Shown in pieces: positions 13,901 through 26,289 of a stretch of DNA of 61,475 nt. Numbering within the stretch: the first letter of the stretch is position 1; every line of letters begins with the position of its first letter. Source of the DNA: Octopus bimaculoides (taxonomy: Eukaryota); the NCBI RefSeq assembly GCF_001194135.2, contig NC_068984.1, forward strand, positions 38,088,624-38,150,098, in the 5' to 3' direction. Made by a program: the position numbers and the translations under genes. The notes below the pieces were generated by a model. It saw only the letters and a program-made list of their open reading frames with translations, did no database searches and was not told the DNA's origin.

Positions 13901-16900
13901 GTATTCATGTTTCAGGGATACCTTACCTTCAGAGTATTTTCCTTTTATGCGCCGGTTTAGCTGTATTAAATTACAGACAAGCATGCACACAAGCAAGCAA
14001 GCAATCACAGAGTTTTAGTAGTATATATATATATATAGATAAATGCATGCATGCATGTATATACCTGTATCAAAGCAAGTTTTAATACCTGTGTTTAAAA
14101 GTGCTGCATTTAGTAAAATACTTAGGGATCTCTTACAGTTTTGAAATACTTATAGAAAATGTCTAAATGTACAGGTGTGTCAAGTAGTCTGTATAAAATC
14201 AGGTGCTTAAGTTGTCTGCAGCCTATCACTTTATATTTGTTGCTGTATTATCAGTATAGTTTTTTTTTGTTTTTTTTTATCTTTTAACTATATCAAATTT
14301 AATTTTCCAGTCAACTCTCCACATGGTTCCATCTCCTCTGTCAGTATTCCTGATATAAAACAGCTGCGTGAATTTCATGGGGATGAGTGGCTGCTATACT
14401 ATGAAAACATACGGCAAGATAGAGAATGTATTACAACACACTCAGCACCTACATCTCGCAAAGTCTCTCCCCAACAGCAAGAACTGCCAAAACCATTGCC
14501 AAAACTTGAATACAGTTCTGATACTTCTATTGACGAAGGACCTTATCTTGGTCATATGTCTTCCAAGGAAAAATTGTTTGTGGACTCTGATACAGAACAG
14601 TCAGATGAAGTTTCTATCATCACTCCTCCAAGTGAAGAGAATGACAATGTTAAAGAGTATCCTGATAGTGATGAGTTCAAAGATGATGTTGTAGATTTCA
14701 AAAATGAAAGCAATTTTGGTAAGTTTTAAGCACTTTATTCTTTTGTTTTTGTTTTGTCATTTGTTTCCAATGCTTTTAAGAATTTTTAATCTGATTAAAC
14801 AAAGACAAGAAATTTAAATGTATTGGGAGCCCTCCCTTCCTGAACCATGTCATTGTCTATCATTCATCATCAAACTCAGCCCAGAAGTCCTTGTCTTCAG
14901 TTCTGTCTGTGGCATTCTTGTCTTCAGAGTTCAATCCATTAATCTCATAGCCATCTTCACCCACTGCATGCTCATGGCACACAGCATACTGACTCCTCCC
15001 ATCAAATGAATTTCTTTCTTTGCAACTGTGACATCACCCTGGTGGCCATTAACATCCATCCCCACTACTACATCAATGTCATCCATAACCTTGTCAACCA
15101 CAGTCACTTGTAACTCATTTGGCATTTCCTGTACTGCCATTGTAACGCCTTTACACCTAGCCTTCACTGCACCCCCATCTTATGCTGGTTATTCCACTCC
15201 AGTTTTTAGCCATTTTCTGAGTCATAAGGATTGTGGTGCAGCCCTTGTTTGTGAATGCCTTTTTTTCCCTTCATCAGAACCTTTATTACAGGTAGTGAAT
15301 GCAGGAGCACTGACTTAGTTGATGGGGCAGCTCCAGCATAGTATCCCCCTGCTAATTTTCCATTTCCTTGATTGCAGTGCATTGCTACATGATCAGCTTG
15401 GTCACACTGGTAGCAAATCACTTTGGGCTTTGGCTTTTTACAGTTCCTAACTATGTGTAGACCTTGAAACCTTAAACACTGGTTGTCAGGTAGGTGCCGG
15501 CTGGATGAGACGTGTGCTGTCTTTGCTGTTTGATTCTTGCCACTTTATTCAACTAAGCCCTGCAACATCATGGATGTTGTTACAAAAAATGAGATCACAG
15601 TTGGAAGTCTTTTGATTGTAATTCTGCTAGATTGTGGCTGACTAGGGCTAAAGAACAGCTGCAGCAGAGGATGAAAACAAAGAGAATTATAAAAACATTA
15701 GTGTTAATATTTAATATTCAGGCTGTTGCTTAATGAATTCCTAATTCTATATTTTCTATATAAGCCAATGAAGGAGTATTTATGTCATTGTTCAGCTTCT
15801 AGAAAGGCAACCAAATATCACTCAGATGACATATTCGCTGTACATAAATAAAAAAAATACATTTATGTGTATGTATATATGAATGTGTGCAAATGAAAAT
15901 ATGTATGAATGTTAATTGATGATGATGATATAATAAAAATATAAAACTTCTAGCATTTACAATTATCAATTTGCAGGTATGGAGGCAGAACCATGGATTG
16001 TCAAATTGAGTTCTAATGAAGATAGTGAAATCTTTGTGTCAGCAAATGAACGTTTTCTTATTGAGAAAGATATGTATGGCCAACTGCTTGATCGTCTGGA
16101 CATGAAGTGTTTGCGATTTATGTCTGTTTTGATGAGAGGTAGTGAATATGTAGTTGAACTGAAATTTGACTATGTTAAATCAAACCGCAGGGTACGAACT
16201 TATATCATGAGCAGCAAAGAAGAATCAGAGGTAACAAACTCTTACTTTAATTAATAATTTTTTCATTCTGTGAAAGTCATTGAGATTGGGGAAAATTTAG
16301 CATGAATTCCATTAATTTGGAAGTCTCTGATTTAGATTGATTGTGATTTTATATGCCTTTGTTGTATTTTTTTGCATTTAAAGAAATTGCTTGTGTATTG
16401 CTACCTTTCACTGTATCATTGGCTTGGCTAGCAGTGTAATTAAAACTCCTGGTTAGCTTAATTCTACTGTTAGTTTCTATAACAATAAAGTATGATTAGC
16501 TACCTCAATGGTGGAATCATGTCAGCTGCTACTATACTGTAGGCTACTACAGCAGTACAGTAATGCTGGCTGTCACAAAATAATGTTCATGAGATTCATG
16601 CATACTTGCAATCAGTTTCAGTAATTTATTCCTGATGGCATCCTTAAAATTTTCAGTGAACTTATAAATAATGAAAAGTATAAATATAGCACAAGAAACA
16701 TAGTGTTCCATTTCATAAGGGAAATTATTAATTCCTCTTTGTCTATTGAAGCATGTAATATTTGTTGCGTACTCATTAATTTACAAATAGATTTTGGTAT
16801 CTGACTTCGTAAAACAATCACTCTGTAAATCAATGAATTTTCTTTTTTTTTTTTTTATTTATAAAGTATTCCTTCTGCTGCTGTGTCCTTATTTCAGTTA

Positions 16901-17851
16901 CATGAACTATAGTCTTTGATGCCCTGTTTTTGTCAAGAACTATCCACAATATGTACTTTATTCTCTGCTTTGTAATTTGTGATTTTTTTTTTACACAAAA
17001 TTATGTTTACCCCTAATTTTTATCCTGATGTTTTGTATTAAATTTCTTCTGTCATCTATAGGTGCTATGTGATAAGAAGCTTGCTTCCCAACCCCATCAG
17101 TCTTGGTTCAGTGTCTTCTACTATAGTCTTGTGCTAACCAAAACCTTGTGAATGTATGTGGTAGAGAGAAACTGAAAAAAGCCCATTAAGTATATAAGAA
17201 GACCTGTACTCCAAAGCAGAAGTGTTAAGACTGGTCCCTCCGGTAGTGAAAAAACGCTTGTGGAAGTGCCATGTAAAAGCACCTGTGCAGTGCCATGTAA
17301 AAGTGCCCATGCAGTGCCACATGAAAGCGCCCATGTGGCACCTTGTAAAGGTACCTGTGTGTTCCCATGTAAAAGCACCTGTGCAGTACCACGTAAAAGC
17401 ACCCATGTAGTGCTACATAAAAGCACCCATGTGGTACCACATGAAAACACCCAGCACACTCTGTAGAGTGGTTGGTGTTAGGAAGGGCATCCAGCTGTAG
17501 AAAGCATGCCAAATCAGACTGGAGCCTGGTGCAGCCCTTGACTTGCCAGCTCTGGTCAAACCATCCAGTCCATGCCAGTATTGACAAATGGATATTAAAT
17601 GATGATGATGATATATATATATATGTGTCTTTGTGTTTGTCCTGCCCCTACTGCTTGACAACCGTTGTTAGTGTGTTTACATCCCCATAACTTAACGGCT
17701 CATCAAAAGAGACCGATAGAATAATAAATGTCCTGCGATTGATTTGTTCGACCAAAACTCTTTAAGGCAGTGCCCCAGCATGGCTGCAGCCAAATGACTG
17801 AAACAAATAAAAGATATGATACACAAGTAAAAATGGTGTGTGTGTGTGTGT

Positions 17852-17887
<36 letters not shown>

Positions 17888-20800
17888 TCAGAAAACCCAA
17901 ATGATATTTAAAATTTCACCATATTTTAAATTTTAGGAGCTTGGTCGTCTTTTGCAACCTTATTTGGAGGCTCAAGTTGCAAAAGCCAATGTCAGAGAAT
18001 TTTTACATTTTTTGGTAAGTGTAGAAAATATGAACTGTTATCATTAATACTGTTTGTTGCTGCTGTTTTTTGTCCTTGTTATTGTTTATCACTAGGTTAA
18101 CCTTGAACATGTTGACTTATTATCAAAAGTGTTTTGTCTTTTTGTATACTAACTCTTATGTTAGTATATTTCTGCTAAAATATGCTGTCTTTGTTCCTGT
18201 TAATTTTGGATATTATGAAGAATTTAGTGAAATAACATTATTATTATTATTATTATTATTATTAAGCTAGTGTTTGGGACATAAATTAATATGAAGTTTC
18301 AATGAAAGGTTTTAATTCAGATCTTTTAAATCAAGAAATTTGCATCATAGAACCAGTGGCAGTTTTAGGCAGGTTGATTAGAAAAAAAATGTAGTACATT
18401 GGACAATATACTTTTTCTAAGATGATAAGGTGTGATTTGAAGGAGATTTGACTGCTGTTTCAAGTGATCAAGTAGTCGTTCCTTTGTTGACTCATCTTTT
18501 GCAGTTGTTGTTGTCATCTGAACAATAATGCAACAGAAAGAGTAGCAGAAATAATAGTTTTGTGCAGGATTTAATTTTGTTCCACTTTTTGGGATCAAAT
18601 TCCCTCATGTTCAACTTTGTGTTTCACTTTTTTAATCTTGTTGATTTGCTCAATTATTCTCTTGCCTCCAGCTTAATTAAAAAGGTAGCTGTATCTTTCT
18701 CTGACAATATAATGTAAAATTATGATGAGTGTCATGGAGTAATGCTACTATTTCAGTTGCAAACTTTAACTACCTCATGATGCCTACTTACAGTTGGAAA
18801 AAGAGGACCCGAGAGACATATACTGTTAATAGAGCAGTTAACCCCTAATTTGCTCATTTGACATTCTTTCAACTTGGTTAGCTGTGATTTATAACTGGAC
18901 TAAGGATTTTCTTGATACTACCCAAATATATCTTTCACCAGAAACAATTATAAGAAAATATGTTCCTTGTGCCAGTGGCATGTAAAAGCACCCACTACAC
19001 TCTCGGAGTGGTTGGCGTTAGGAAGAGCATCCAGCTGTAGAAATTCTGCCAGATCAGATTGGAGCCCGGTGCAGCCATCTGGCTTGCCAGTCCTCAGTCA
19101 AACCGTCCAACCCATGCCAGCATGAAAAGCGGATGTTAAACGATGATGATGATGATGATGAAACAGATATAAGTTAACTAAATAATAAAGGGTAAAGACC
19201 CCCTTTGGTTATGAATATCTATGGGATTGCACCTAGAAAGTTCCCCTCCAAGGCACAAGTCTTGACAAGGTTATTTATGGAAGATTAGCAGTCACCCATG
19301 TATACCGGCCTTCCTTCTCCATGCCACCAGTGTTAACCAGGGATAAAGCAGAGGCCAGTGATGTCGCAACTCATTTCCACAGCTGAGTGAACTGGAGCAG
19401 CATGAAATAAAGTGTCTTGCTCAAGAACACAACACACAACCTAGTCTAGGAACTGAATTCACTGCCTCATAATTGTGAACCTGACACTCTAACTACTGAA
19501 CCATGTGCCTTCACTAACTGAATAATAAACAATGATAAAAACTGTTTTGAGATATCACAAGTTATGGCAATATTGCAATACTTTTATTGCTTACTAATAT
19601 ATAAATATTATAATTGACTTGTAATTTTTTCCTTTTTTTCTGTGTAATTGCAATTAATTTCTTATCTATTTTCTAGTGTCTGAAATGCTCACATGAATTT
19701 TCAAAAGAAATTGGTTCAACAAAACGAGAAGGTTAGTTGGCTTCCTTCAATGATCTTCAATTTCAGTTTCAAATGTTTTAAAATTAATTGTTGGTGTGAA
19801 CAGATTCCCTTAACTTATACCACTAGTGTCCTGTAGAAAAAGCATAACAGTCAACAATTGGCATTTCCTTCTTACATGATGATATAAGTTACTTGTGTTT
19901 AGGAAAAGAAACCAGTAATTCAATTGCTAAAACCGACAATTGCATTCTTGTTAAATCTTGTTTGCTTTTTTGAGTAGGTATGAATGGCCTATATTGTCCA
20001 TTGGGAGCTGGTAATATTCATGCATCTTTCAATGCTTTTAGCAAGCATAAAAATTGTGAAATTGCTTCAGTTTAGAATAGAAATTGCTCCATAGCTTTTC
20101 TTGGTTTGTTAAGAACTTACTCCTACTTCAAGAGCTTTCACAGAGGTTAAATATTATTCTTGCACACATGCATACACACATACATTGAGTGCTGTCTAAA
20201 GGCATGGGTACATTGGGCATTGCCCATGGGCCTCATGAGTCTAGGGACTCAAATCTGATCTAGGTACGCTGTAGCTTGCTTTCAATAAATAAATATTACT
20301 GGGTTCCATGATTTTGATTTACTTGGGGGCCATCTTAGCAACATTATAATGTTGCTAAGACGGCCCTGTACACACACACACAATATATACTTACATGCAG
20401 ACATAATTACAGAAAATAGAACTTTGCAGATAATAAATCACGTGTTTGAGATTGTGTGAATTGAACAGAATACCAGAAAGAATTTGTAACCTTTGTTAGT
20501 GTCTGCTTATCGTATGTTTGGTTACTTAGGATAAAACGTACACCTGTAATGGTATGTAGAGAGTTGTAACCAGATTGATATAATTAATAGTACATTTTCT
20601 GTTTGTGTATTGTTTATTGTGTCTTGAGTGTGCAAGCATGATTATGTAATGTTGTCACAATATGAGTAACTAAAGTTCATTATTTATGGGATAGGTAATG
20701 TTTCTTTAATGTATATGTGGCCCAAACAACCTACACACATATTTACATACATACTATGATAATGTATGTAGATATGCATGTGTGTATGTAAGAGAGAGAG

Positions 20801-21906
20801 AAATTGAGTATATTACCATAGAAAAAGTTGGTAGTTCTTTATTTCTTGTAAAGGTAATGGTTCTTTAAAATATATGTGGATCAAACCTTCAACTCTTGTT
20901 TGATTGATTATATGTGTGTCTGGGAAAGGTAGTACTTCATTGTATGATAAATCTGGATCAAAACTTTCTGTTTGGTCTTGCATGTATAATAGATCTTGTG
21001 CTTTCCATAAAACCTTGTTATTTAGATTTTTTGTAATGATAAATGATGAAACCCCAGCAGTACTAAACAGAGTTGTGGAGTAACTTTATTCAATATTTTA
21101 GTCTTAGTTACAAAATGAGAATACTAAATCCTCTTCATTTAAAAAAAGTTATTGAATGAATTTATTTTTGTTCATTATTTAGAATTATTTAGACAAGCTG
21201 TGAGAATTCTTAGAGTATTACAAAATTGATTTGCAGTATTTGTTCTGATACTTTATGTTCAGATCCCACTAAGATTTGCTTTGATGTTCATCCTTTTGGA
21301 GTTGATAAAATAAATTATCATTCAAGTACTGGGTTCATGGTATCAATTATCTATCTCACACCACAAATTGTTGTCCTTATAACCTTTATTAGAAACAATT
21401 ATTTCACATTAAGAAAGCTTTTATTGTTTTTCTTTGACACTTGTTAAATTGCTGTTATGCGAACGTCCTAACAATTTTGTTTTACACTCTATAAAAGTAT
21501 AAATAACTGGAATGTTATCTCTTTCTAGCTGATTCAGTAGACGAATGTCAGAAATGTGGAAGTAAAAATGTGGTTCAACAGGAATCTCCGCCGTCAGTAA
21601 TGCCCAGCAATAACACACCACAAGAATCCTTTTCCTCAACTGTGAAACAGTCATTTTTAGGTTTATTTTCCAAGTGAGTTGGTTGCACTGCAACCTTCTT
21701 TTTCATTTATGCACTTGGTATGGAGCATCTGTCTCACTGCATACTTTGCTTCACTCTCAATCCCACCATTGGTTGCTGCAGCTTGCCATTTCCCTCTTCT
21801 CTTGCTTTCACCTTATTTCTTTTTTTCACCATTTCTTCTTCTTCACTGCACATTTCTCACATGTTCCTTTTTTAGTCTTGTTTTTGATAATTGTATCAAA
21901 TATGTA

Positions 21907-21974
<68 letters not shown>

Positions 21975-24900
21975 NNNNNNNNNNNNNNNNNNNNNNNNNN
22001 NNNNNNNNNNNNNNNNNNNNNNNNNNNNNNNNNNNNNNNNNNNNNNNNNNNNNNNNNNNNNNNNNNNNNNNNNNNNNNNNNNNNNNNNNNNNNNNNNNNN
22101 NNNNNNNNNNNNNNNNNNNNNNNNNNNNNNNNNNNNNNNNNNNNNNNNNNNNNNNNNNNNNNNNNNNNNNNNNNNNNNNNNNNNNNNNNNNNNNNNNNNN
22201 NNNNNNNNNNNNNNNNNNNNNNNNNNNNNNNNNNNNNNNNNNNNNNNNNNNNNNNNNNNNNNNNNNNNNNNNNNNNNNNNNTATATATATATATATATGT
22301 ATATATATGAATTCATTCCAAAAGTTGATGTGAAAATTACTGCATACATCTTGAAATTATGCTTTTTATAAATTACATAATGTTTATTCAAAAGTAATAG
22401 AAGAATTGGTTAACTTCTTGTTTAGTCTAATGTATAAAAAGTTAAGGCTAAATTAGAATGTTGTTTGAATGTCTGTCTGTTGAAATATCTACTTGAAATA
22501 CAGATATTAAAAAAATGGATTAAAAATATTCAGACAACATGTTTGAGAGTCATATTATAGGAAGTCAAGTGTTAATGTGAGAAGAATAATGCCAAGCTTA
22601 CATCTGACTGTTTTGCTGATAAGTTCATGATTAACTGGATGCCTGGCTAAGCATTGGTATAATGCTAGAATCTGCAATGTCAAAGATGTATTTGCTATAT
22701 GCAATATAGTTTAGGTGTTGTTTGAAAGAGCTGGTTCCCTAGCAAGTTTGATTTAGAAAACAAAAGTTGACCATGATGATGCTAATAGAAAATAGCTAAA
22801 ATTATAATAATGGAAATTAATTGAATTATTATGATACATTGCATTTGTTTATTCAAGCTTCAAAAACCACCCCCAAAACAATAACAATTCCTTTCACAAA
22901 TGCTGTTATCAATGGAAAAGCTAACATATATCCATATACATGTCTATTTGAATGTTCCTTGTACAGAAGTATCTTAAATTTTTTTCTATTTTAAATCCCT
23001 GAACTAACTGCTTTTAATTAATGATTATTAGTTCATTTCCATTTTTTATTCAACAACAAAATATCAGATGTACATAAGAAAACTTTATTTACTCAGTTTA
23101 TTTTATAAAAATAGGAATATATTTTTATCAAAAACAATATTTTTTATATATAAATTATATATTATATTTCAAGATATGATATGATAAATTATTTTTGTAA
23201 GTGGAGTGTTACTCAAAATATTTTTGTTACTTGTTTTGAATACTTTAACAATTCCACTAAAATTGGTAGACAAATATTTTATCTATGAATTTAGTTGAAA
23301 CTGACAGACTAAATTTTTTTAATGTTTTAATGCGATTACTTGGCATTGGAAGAAAGTGTGAATTTTAACCCTTTCACTGTGAAATTAAATTTCATGGTTA
23401 TTTCAGTAATAATGCTATTTTTGGTAGATATATTAACTACCAAAATTGACTTGCAGAAAAAAATTTTCTTCAAATCATTTGACCTCAATAAACTTAATGT
23501 ATCTCAACAGAAATTAGTTCTGAATATCTGCTTTCTGCAGTAAAAAGATTAATTTTTGTTGTTCATAAGAGATTTTTTTAAAAATTTACAAATGAATTCT
23601 GACATCAAATTCTCTGCTTTCTAGGGTTAAAAAAATGTCAAAATCCTAGATCTTTTTACGATTTGGAGTTATTCAAAGGGTTGTTTGATACTTAATTCCA
23701 GTTTCTATTGAGTTTTAATTTTGTGGATGAGACACAAAGGTCCTACTGAACAGAACAATAGTCTGGCATTAGGTAACTTTCTCTTTGAAATATTTGCATA
23801 AACTGATACATGTACAAGTGGCCTATTCAGAGACACAACAAAATATCAACATATACCATGCTCAGAACTAGAGAAATTCTGCCATGTATTATTATTTAGA
23901 AAAATATTTGTATTACACTAAATACTAGAAAGAAAAAATAACTGCATTGTCTTGAAATTTAACTGAATCCAGTGAAACAGTGGTAAACCTGCAAGATAAA
24001 ACCTATTCAATCTAGCCAATAAGGGAACCTCTATTCTATGTACAGGCAGGCTGCACTAGTTAAAAAATTCAAGGTAATTTTTCCTTAGGTATATCATTCA
24101 GAAAATCTTACGGGTTGCAGGTGAACAATGACTGCTCTATGCAGCCTCTTTAAATGCTAGGAATAGTAGTCAAATTTCCCTCATATCACAACCTACCCTA
24201 TTGAGCACTAGAATCGATCTAATCAACTTAGCCCTTCGCCTGAAATTGCTGGCATTGTACCAAAATTTGAAGCCAATATTACAAAGGCTAGTGGATGGTT
24301 AAATCGGCAGAGTGTCATACAAAATGCTGGGCAAAATTTAGTTACAATTGTTTTACATTCTGAGTTCAAACCCTGCCAGAGTCAACTTTGCTTTTCATCT
24401 ATACAGAGTTGATAAAGATCAGTGCTGGAGATAAGTTCAGTTACCGTTCCCCTTTTCCTACCAATGTTTGGTTGTGTTAAAGTCAGAAAGCAATATTTAA
24501 TTTCATATGAAGATATGTAAATATGAAAATAAATAAAACATTTTCATATGAAAGCACATTATAATATTAAACATGTTACCTACATACAGAAAAAAAACAA
24601 CATAAATCTTGTTTGATACACATCAGAGTATATATTTAATAATTTATGTAATTTTTAACTAAATTAAACTAAAAGCAATTGACCAATCATATTCTATCTA
24701 CTTTGTCTTTCTCCATTGAATCTACTATGGCTAATGTCTTTTATTTTTTTATTTATTGCTTGTCCCTTGCAATTAACCTCAGCTTCCTGTTTGTATTTAT
24801 TTTCCCTGTTATGAAAATACCCACTACTTTTAACCTGTTGTCAAGCTAATCTAATTCTAAACTTTGAATTAAAAGCTTTCTTCCTGCTATTTAATGCCTT

Positions 24901-25772
24901 GGTTTCATTTCTTTGCCTCTTTTGTATATTTCTTTCATTTCCTTATTTTATGCTTCCGATTGTTGTTATTTTTCTTCTTTCATTAATTCAATTTAACTAC
25001 TGTACATTTCTATTCTTTCCATGATAACATGGCTTTCAACGTTTCTGCAAATGCATGTATTTTCATGAATTGTACTATACCCAGATTTTCCCTCCCCAAT
25101 GATAATGTGAATTGCTCAACAATTTTGTGGGACTGGTATCTATTTTCAGCCAAGATGACTGCAGCATGTAGAGGTAATGTACCTTGCTTAAGACTACAAT
25201 GTGATACAAAAATGGTAGGATTGTAATTAACGACCTTTTTCACTTGTAGTCTAGTAGCAACAACTAATCAGCAAATGTTCTTACCTCAACCACATTACTT
25301 TTAATGTTAGCCACTCTAGTGAACTACAGCACTTCTTACCTTAGTCACTGATCTTCATATTCAGCCTCTGCATCACTTTCCTCAATCATTCAGTTCAAAA
25401 TTTACAAACAGCACCTCTTTTAAATTACCCACACAATGATTTCCATAATATGCTATAACTTCCATAACTTTAATATGTTAAAACATGGTTCAAATTGTTT
25501 TATTCCTCTCTAAAATTTAGGAAACGGTAACAGGATACAAACTTAGGAAATGTTTTGGTTATCTACTATAATAATAATCTTGTGTGTTTCTCCATCACAA
25601 CATATGAATGAGAAAGGAAGGAGTGATAGATGAATAAAGAAGGAAAGAAGGAAGGAAGGAAGGGGTGGTGGCAAACTAGTAGTGGGATAATGGAAAATCT
25701 ATGGTGAAAAATAATCAAACAGCCTTTCAACTCTAAGTATATGTGTGTGTATGTAAAAGGGAGGTATGTGAA

Positions 25773-25805
<33 letters not shown>

Positions 25806-26257
25806 AATGGAAGTGGGATGGTGAACATTCAACACTGGAAAGAAAAATCAAACAGCATTTCAACTGGGTGAGTATATGTGTGTATGCGTGCATGTGTACA
25901 AGGGAAGTATGTGAATGTTTGTGTGTGTGAACCAGTGTTCTTTCAGTAACAAACGATTGATGTCATCTCAAAAGACAACCACTAGATAACATGGACAAGT
26001 GTATTAATTTGATTTACCATCCATATTCTATCTGTGTTACAAATAATTATTACTATCACACACAGCTACACAATCATATACAAACTCATTAGAGAAAATA
26101 ATTATTGCCTGAGTGTATCAAGAATATGGAACAACTGCAGTTGAAAGGTATATTATAAATACACATCTTAATTTAACAGTTTATACATGTCCCTAATTTA
26201 TTTATATAAAATACTACAATTAGCCATCATATTTGACAGTATGGGGCCAGCTAGTTG

Positions 26258-26289
<32 letters not shown>

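Noticed and set aside
17121-17661. Overlapping repetitive ORFs on both strands; a repeat array superficially like CRISPR
   Set aside because: They arise from the 24-bp minisatellite in family A. The units are contiguous and degenerate with no unique spacers, and the context is eukaryotic with no cas genes.
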